Source: a virus
Taxonomy: Duplodnaviria; Caudoviricetes
Direction: 5' to 3' (one strand)
IMG/VR virus record: IMGVR_UViG_3300020454_000018
Span: 1-53,170 of that record
DNA: 53,170 nucleotides
The first letter of the stretch is position 1, and every line of letters begins with the position of its first letter. The position numbers and the translations under genes were made by a program. The notes beneath the pieces were generated by a model. The model saw only the letters and a list, made by a program, of their open reading frames with translations, did no database searches and had not been told where the DNA came from. Shown piece by piece: positions 47,315-53,170 of this stretch.

Positions 47315-50300
47315 ATGGCACGAAGAAGAAGAAGAGGTAAGTTCGGTGGACCAAAGAATACTAGGCCACCTTCTAGGAGAAAAAAAACTCCTAGTAGAAC
47401 TAGAAGAGTGCTTAGAAGTGTAAAACGAAGAAGTCGTGTAATACCACCAAAACCAAAGCCAGTTGTTCTTAAAAAAAGAAATGTAAAAGTAGTAAGAACT
47501 GTACCAACTCCACAACCACCAAGAAGTAGGAGACCAAGAGTTAGTACTCCAAGACCTGCAATAAGAATAACACCACCAACACCACCTGTAATAAAAAGTA
47601 GACCGGCTGCTATTGCTAAACCGAGAAGAGCACCAGCACCACCACCTCCACCTCCAAGAACAAAAAGAAGTAGAGGATTTACTGATGTAGTGAAAGTTCC
47701 ACCACCACCACGTCCAACACCAATAATGCCAAGACCTCGTACAAGTCCAAGTAGGATTGACCCAAATACTATTTCTGATGTAGATAATTACCTACAGAGT
47801 ATGAGAGATAGAGGATTTGCTATGGGTAGTAGTATTAATCTTTCACCTATCGGATTAAGTAGTACTCAAGCTGGTTCTCGTTTACAAGGAGAAGGCGGTG
47901 GCTTTAGAGGAATACCAACAGATAGAAGATTTGATGATGAACTATTAGTACCATTTGATACATCATCACTTGTACTACCAACTCCAGGTCCACCTCCACC
48001 ACCAAGACCTACACCACCAAGACCAACACCAATTTTAGATGGGCCAGAACCTCGTCCAACTGTACAAGATTTACCTATCAAATCAGTTACAGTTAATGTT
48101 ACATCAACACCGAGTGGAGCTGAGGTATTAGTAAATGGTGTAAAACAGAATATTAAAAATACACCATCTGTTTTAACTCTTACTACTAAGCAACTTATTG
48201 GAACTACAAAAACACTTACAGTAAGAAGAAACGGATATAGAAGTAATGAATCTTACAGTGTTACTGGAAGAATAGAAACTGTAGTAACTACTAAAAGTAG
48301 ACAAGTACCAATTCTTGATGATTATGTAGCACCATCATTTATTCAAGGTGGTTTAGCTAACATCAATTATTTGGAATCTCAAGGAAGGTCAATGTCATTT
48401 GCATCAAATCAAATGATGCAATCGATTGGTGGGCCAAGAGGACAGTTTGAGCAAATGATGATTCAAAACGAAAGAGCTCGAGCTAATCGTGAACCAAGAT
48501 TCAGAACTGAAAAATACGAAGAAACAAAAAAAGAATTTAGGTTTGATGTAAACAAAAAAGTAGATGGTAAAATAGTAGGTTCAGCATCTGACCAATCGGT
48601 ACAAGACTTATTTCAAACTTGTCACTTTGATTTAGTAAAAAATTCGACAGGAGGAGGACCTGTAATTCCTGATTTACCAGATGATACAGATACTACAAGA
48701 GATGATGGACCAGCAACAATATCAGTACCTGAATTATTAGTTTTAACAGGCGATAGAGATAATCCTGATGGTTCAGAATTAACTCAGCATTATTCTGCGG
48801 TGGTAAATGGAAATGATGTAAAGAGAATAAATTCAAACACATTTAAAGGTAGAGCAGGTTCACCATTTAGTGTAACACTACAAGCTACAGATAGAAGTAA
48901 TATGAAGATTAAATATTTTCACGTTGCTAAAGGAAGTATTGTAGATGAAGATTTTAAAGGATTCGAAAGCGTTCCAGCTGAAGAACTAACAATAGATGTA
49001 GAAAAACCTATTACAGTTGTAATTTATTTTGAAAAGGTAACACCTATATCAGTACCATCAGTAATAATAACCCCAACACAATTCAGATACAATATAGCTG
49101 AACCAATTGGATTATCACTGGGATATGATTCGACTAATTGTGATTATGTTGAAATGAAACTTAACAAAACCACATTAAAAGAAGAAGATGAGGATGGGGC
49201 ATTTTTAATTAGTAATAAAATGTTCAACTCAGGCGTAGGACAGTATATTGGTTATGTTTGCCCTTACAATAAAGGATATGGACAAGGTACACCACAAAAA
49301 TTTGTAATTAATGTTGTAAATCAAGTAGCAGTTAAAACACCTGATATTGTAGATATAGCATATCCTGAAATATTAAAAGGTGCTGACTTTAAAGGATATG
49401 ATGTTGATTTTTCCATCTCATATCAATCAGTAAATACAAACTTTGTAAAGATTTATTTAGGTGATAAGAGTAAACCATATGGAAAATTTGCACCTAACCA
49501 AGCAGTTGATTTTAATGTTTTAAATGTTATAAAAAAATTAAGTGATAAGGTAAATGAAGATGAAGATGAAATAAAATTTGATATACTATTACAACCTCAT
49601 AATACATCAACATCAAAAGAAGTTATTGGTAAATTAGAAACTATTTCAATTACATTTATGAAATCTAATCTTGATTTACCGAGAGAAGATATTGTAAATC
49701 AGCTATGTGATGCATTTGAATTGGATTTAAATCTATTTGATGATGAAACATCAAAATATCTAACACACTTAGCACATTTTGGTGATGGAGAAAATAAACT
49801 TATTGCTAACTGGGAAAAGGATGATGTAACATTTAGAAACTTTAAATATGATTCATTAAGAGAAAAATTTATACCTGAATATGTTAAAGGTGGATTTAAT
49901 GCATTGGTTCTAAAAATGTACGAACCACTTGGTAAAGAAATACAACCAAACCAAGAATTATTCATTTCAAAAATTATTACACAACCAATCATAGATGAAA
50001 TATCAATAGTTGATGATTCAGAAGAATATTGTGTAGCACTAAAAGGACCGAACTTCGGTTTAAATGATTGTGGTTCACCAGCTGATACTGGGTTTGAACT
50101 TATAGATGAATTAGTAGGTAGTGGTTCTCAATCATCAGCTAAACTAATAGATACATTTGTTTCATCAAGTGGTATTGATACAAAAAAATTAGATATAGAA
50201 TATGTTTCATCTTCCTTTGATTTCATAGAAACGGAATATGGATACTCAGTAGATGGTACTATAAACGAACAATATAGATTTGATAACTTTGCCCACTTTG

Positions 50301-53170
50301 GTTCTGCTGAAGAAAGAGCTAGAAATTACTTTTATAAAGTATCCTTATTAGAAACTTATAAAAATGGTATAGCTACAATAGAAAGTGGTAGTGGTTCATC
50401 TACTGGTTCGTTATCTTTACTTAGAGAAAAAGAATCTCTTCAAAAGAAAATAAACGATGTAAAAGCTAACTTTGATGGGTTTGAACATTTCTTAACAGAT
50501 TCAACATCATCTTTAGCATTCCCTAAAGAATCAGATGGGTATTCACTTCAATCAACTGGTAGTACTGATTCGGTAGCTTGGTATAACACTTTATTAGTAT
50601 CATCATCAGATTATGATAGAAACAATACTGATTATCTTGCCAATAATATACCTGCTTATGTAAAAAATGATGAAGAGCAAACTGACTTCATAATGTTCTT
50701 AGATATGTTGGGTCATCACTTTGATATTCTTTGGTCTTATATCAGAGCATTGAAGAAGAATATAAAGGTTGAAGAAAAACAAAGAGTTGGTATAAGTGAT
50801 GATATGTTAAAGCATATTCTTAAAAACTATAGTTGGATTCCACACTCTTCCCAATCAACAAAAAAATTATGGGAGTATGTTTTAGGATACAGAGATTCTA
50901 AACAAACATCAAAACTTATAAAAAGTGGTAAAGAGTATGAAAATACAATATGGAGAAGAATATTAAATAATCTACCATATCTACTAAAACACAAAGGTAC
51001 TCGTAGAGGTTTAAGTGCAGTTTTATCAACCTATGGTATTCCATCATCACTACTAACTATTATGGAGTTTGGAGGACCAAGACAAACAGATTCACAAACT
51101 TCTACATTTACATTTGATGATAGAACATCTGCAGTTGTAATGCCAAATGATGAACAAAATTCTAAAATCTTAGTAGACTGGAAATTAGAAAATGGTGTAT
51201 CATCATCACATGCAGTTGAGGTTAGATTTAAAACAGATGAAACACATACTCAACCTATTATAAAAAATGAACCATATTGGAATGTATCGTTAGAATACCT
51301 ACATGGTAATATGGGTAGATTAAACTTTTCTTCATCGTTTGGAGATATTACGACAGAATCTGGTTCATTATTCAACAATGAATTTACACAATTAGTTGTA
51401 AATGTTAATCATCACAATGCTGGTGAAGCTGGCGCATCGGAATCTATTGAATTAGTTGCTATGCAAGATTTTCAAAGTAGAATTAGAATGCAACTAAGTT
51501 CTTCAACAGAATTTACATCATCAATAAACGAATTCTTTAGTGGTTCACAATTATCTGTTGGTGAAGGGTTTACTGGTTCATTGGATGAATTTAGAATTTG
51601 GAGTTCCTCACTTTCATCATCAGTAATATCAGACCATACTTTATTTCCTGAAAAAGTAAGTGGTAATCATATATCATCATCTACAGAAGATTTGATGTTA
51701 AGATTAGATTTTGAAAAACCAAAAAATCTTAATGTATCTCAATCAATACCAAATGTTGCACCAGATACAGGTTCAAATGGGTTAATTAAATATGCTAGTG
51801 CAGCTAGTGCTAGTGGATTTAGTACTAATACATCATACCCATACCACTATGAAGTATATGATAGAACAGTAACTGCTAAAGTTCCAGCTATGGGATTCGG
51901 ACCAGCTGATAAGTTTAGATTTGAATCAGCATCGTTAGTACAGAATCTATCATATAGACAAAGAGCTACAAAGAAAGCATTTGATACTGCGCCATTGGAT
52001 TCAAATCAATTAGGTATATTCTTATCACCTACAAAAGAATTAAATATGGATATCATCAAATCATTACCTGATTTTATAATTGATGATTATATAGGAGAAG
52101 CTGGTCACCAATATAAGGATGATTATCCTGATTTACTTGGTTTGAGAAAGTATGTATTTGGTAGATATAATCTTAACATATATGAGTATATTAATATTAT
52201 CAAATATATAGATAAATCATTGTTCGAAACAGTTAAACAAATGATACCTGCTAGGGTTAAGGTACTTGATGGTTTATTAATAGAACCACATTTCTTAGAA
52301 AGAAACAAAGAAGTAAGAAGAGAACCACAAGCAGAATTGATGGAATCTAAAGAAGGTGTAGAAGATATATCTAAAAACTCTGTTATAGATATTACATCTT
52401 CAGTTGAACATAAAGAAGGAAATTTAGATTTATCTAATCTGATAAGTATAGAAGAAACTCTTCCATCATTTGAAGGAGCAATAAGTGAAAGTAAATTAGA
52501 AGAAGTAAATGCTGATTTTAATAATTATAATACAACTATTGATGATACTAATATTACTGAAATATCAAGTAGTAGATTAGATTATGAAGTATTAATTGAT
52601 GATGCAGCACCATCTCAATCTTTAATTTCTGAAATTGATTTTAATAATAGTGAAATTGTAGGATTAGACCCAGATGGATTATCAAAAGCTGGATTTGGTA
52701 TTGGACCAGCAACAAATGGTTTCATTCTTAGAACTACAAGAGATAATTTTAATAATTACAAAAAAGAAAAACTTAGAGTTTGGGTTGTTAAAAAAGAAAA
52801 GAAATTTAAACAAAAAGTACAATTAAATCCATTGGATAGTTCATTGGGTACAATTGTATCAGAATCAGCGGTAAGAACAAAAACAATAATATCATTTACT
52901 TCACCATCTGGTTCATTAGCAAATTCAATTGGTCAAGTTGATAATGATGGAACTATAGTACAAGTAACCCCATTAGAAGGTTATTTACCAACACACAATA
53001 GAAATACATCTGATTTGACAACAGGTATGGAAAATTTATACTTTAGAGGTTGTAAACAAACACAAGCTACAACCTTAGATGGAACACCTCCAATAGAGGT
53101 ATTTACTACTAATCCTAACACTCTAAAAGTATCAGATAGTGGTAGAGGAAGTGGTGAACCGATATTAGAG
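47315..53170 (+). CDS. very large baseplate wedge/tail protein (at least 1952 aa, truncated by window end)
   Basis: Absent from the track, consistent with no in-window stop; frame checked at start, middle and end. Arg/Pro-rich N-terminus, PEGA-like VTSTPSGAEVLVNG (about 48090), IWRRILNNLPYLLKHKGT (gp7/gpI-like, about 50950) and LamG-like FTGSLDEFRIW (about 51570). Confidence 0.85.
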   Translation, partial: MARRRRRGKFGGPKNTRPPSRRKKTPSRTRRVLRSVKRRSRVIPPKPKPVVLKKRNVKVVRTVPTPQPPRSRRPRVSTPRPAIRITPPTPPVIKSRPAAIAKPRRAPAPPPPPPRTKRSRGFTDVVKVPPPPRPTPIMPRPRTSPSRIDPNTISDVDNYLQSMRDRGFAMGSSINLSPIGLSSTQAGSRLQGEGGGFRGIPTDRRFDDELLVPFDTSSLVLPTPGPPPPPRPTPPRPTPILDGPEPRPTVQDLPIKSVTVNVTSTPSGAEVLVNGVKQNIKNTPSVLTLTTKQLIGTTKTLTVRRNGYRSNESYSVTGRIETVVTTKSRQVPILDDYVAPSFIQGGLANINYLESQGRSMSFASNQMMQSIGGPRGQFEQMMIQNERARANREPRFRTEKYEETKKEFRFDVNKKVDGKIVGSASDQSVQDLFQTCHFDLVKNSTGGGPVIPDLPDDTDTTRDDGPATISVPELLVLTGDRDNPDGSELTQHYSAVVNGNDVKRINSNTFKGRAGSPFSVTLQATDRSNMKIKYFHVAKGSIVDEDFKGFESVPAEELTIDVEKPITVVIYFEKVTPISVPSVIITPTQFRYNIAEPIGLSLGYDSTNCDYVEMKLNKTTLKEEDEDGAFLISNKMFNSGVGQYIGYVCPYNKGYGQGTPQKFVINVVNQVAVKTPDIVDIAYPEILKGADFKGYDVDFSISYQSVNTNFVKIYLGDKSKPYGKFAPNQAVDFNVLNVIKKLSDKVNEDEDEIKFDILLQPHNTSTSKEVIGKLETISITFMKSNLDLPREDIVNQLCDAFELDLNLFDDETSKYLTHLAHFGDGENKLIANWEKDDVTFRNFKYDSLREKFIPEYVKGGFNALVLKMYEPLGKEIQPNQELFISKIITQPIIDEISIVDDSEEYCVALKGPNFGLNDCGSPADTGFELIDELVGSGSQSSAKLIDTFVSSSGIDTKKLDIEYVSSSFDFIETEYGYSVDGTINEQYRFDNFAHFGSAEERARNYFYKVSLLETYKNGIATIESGSGSSTGSLSLLREKESLQKKINDVKANFDGFEHFLTDSTSSLAFPKESDGYSLQSTGSTDSVAWYNTLLVSSSDYDRNNTDYLANNIPAYVKNDEEQTDFIMFLDMLGHHFDILWSYIRALKKNIKVEEKQRVGISDDMLKHILKNYSWIPHSSQSTKKLWEYVLGYRDSKQTSKLIKSGKEYENTIWRRILNNLPYLLKHKGTRRGLSAVLSTYGIPSSLLTIMEFGGPRQTDSQTSTFTFDDRTSAVVMPNDEQNSKILVDWKLENGVSSSHAVEVRFKTDETHTQPIIKNEPYWNVSLEYLHGNMGRLNFSSSFGDITTESGSLFNNEFTQLVVNVNHHNAGEAGASESIELVAMQDFQSRIRMQLSSSTEFTSSINEFFSGSQLSVGEGFTGSLDEFRIWSSSLSSSVISDHTLFPEKVSGNHISSSTEDLMLRLDFEKPKNLNVSQSIPNVAPDTGSNGLIKYASAASASGFSTNTSYPYHYEVYDRTVTAKVPAMGFGPADKFRFESASLVQNLSYRQRATKKAFDTAPLDSNQLGIFLSPTKELNMDIIKSLPDFIIDDYIGEAGHQYKDDYPDLLGLRKYVFGRYNLNIYEYINIIKYIDKSLFETVKQMIPARVKVLDGLLIEPHFLERNKEVRREPQAELMESKEGVEDISKNSVIDITSSVEHKEGNLDLSNLISIEETLPSFEGAISESKLEEVNADFNNYNTTIDDTNITEISSSRLDYEVLIDDAAPSQSLISEIDFNNSEIVGLDPDGLSKAGFGIGPATNGFILRTTRDNFNNYKKEKLRVWVVKKEKKFKQKVQLNPLDSSLGTIVSESAVRTKTIISFTSPSGSLANSIGQVDNDGTIVQVTPLEGYLPTHNRNTSDLTTGMENLYFRGCKQTQATTLDGTPPIEVFTTNPNTLKVSDSGRGSGEPILE

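Noticed and set aside
47315-53170. Apparent 5.9-kb ORF-free region suggesting stop-codon reassignment
   Set aside because: It reads as one standard-code frame lacking an in-window stop; TAG and TGA terminate other genes normally and no suppressor tRNA is present.

Overview
An AT-rich, densely coding, almost entirely plus-strand segment of a large lytic myophage genome in the standard genetic code. The host is probably a Bacteroidota/Flavobacteriia: seven TTGG-N19-TATATTT(A/G) promoters match the Bacteroidetes -33/-7 consensus. From about 0.3 to 37 kb it mixes small hypothetical genes, three tRNAs (Cys, Ala, Glu), nucleotide and auxiliary genes (dCMP deaminase, thyA, 5'-nucleotidase, HD hydrolase, PhoH, Hsp20, UvsE, peptide deformylase), a gp55-like late sigma factor and a lysozyme-fold endolysin. 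It also carries a large, dispersed set of modifying enzymes: six SGNH-like proteins, glycosyltransferases, a sulfotransferase, a carbamoyltransferase, a methyltransferase, two GNATs, two 2OG-Fe(II) oxygenases, a radical SAM/SPASM protein and two cytidylyltransferases. From about 38 kb to the end is a baseplate module (gp5-like, gp25, gp6 and a >1950-aa wedge protein that runs off the window). The most unusual features are: (1) an ATP-grasp-like protein fused to three tandem Hint domains separated by tiny peptides; (2) an unlisted ArfA/BrfA-like ORF whose stop codon lies inside tRNA-Ala, next to an Smr nuclease; (3) a [S/T]-[G/A/S/Q]-S motif concentrated in selected virion-type proteins, together with a shared C-terminal x-x-[LIM]-[ILVF] tail on many modifying enzymes, suggesting a phage-encoded virion modification system. 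All family calls come from motifs read by eye; no searches were run.
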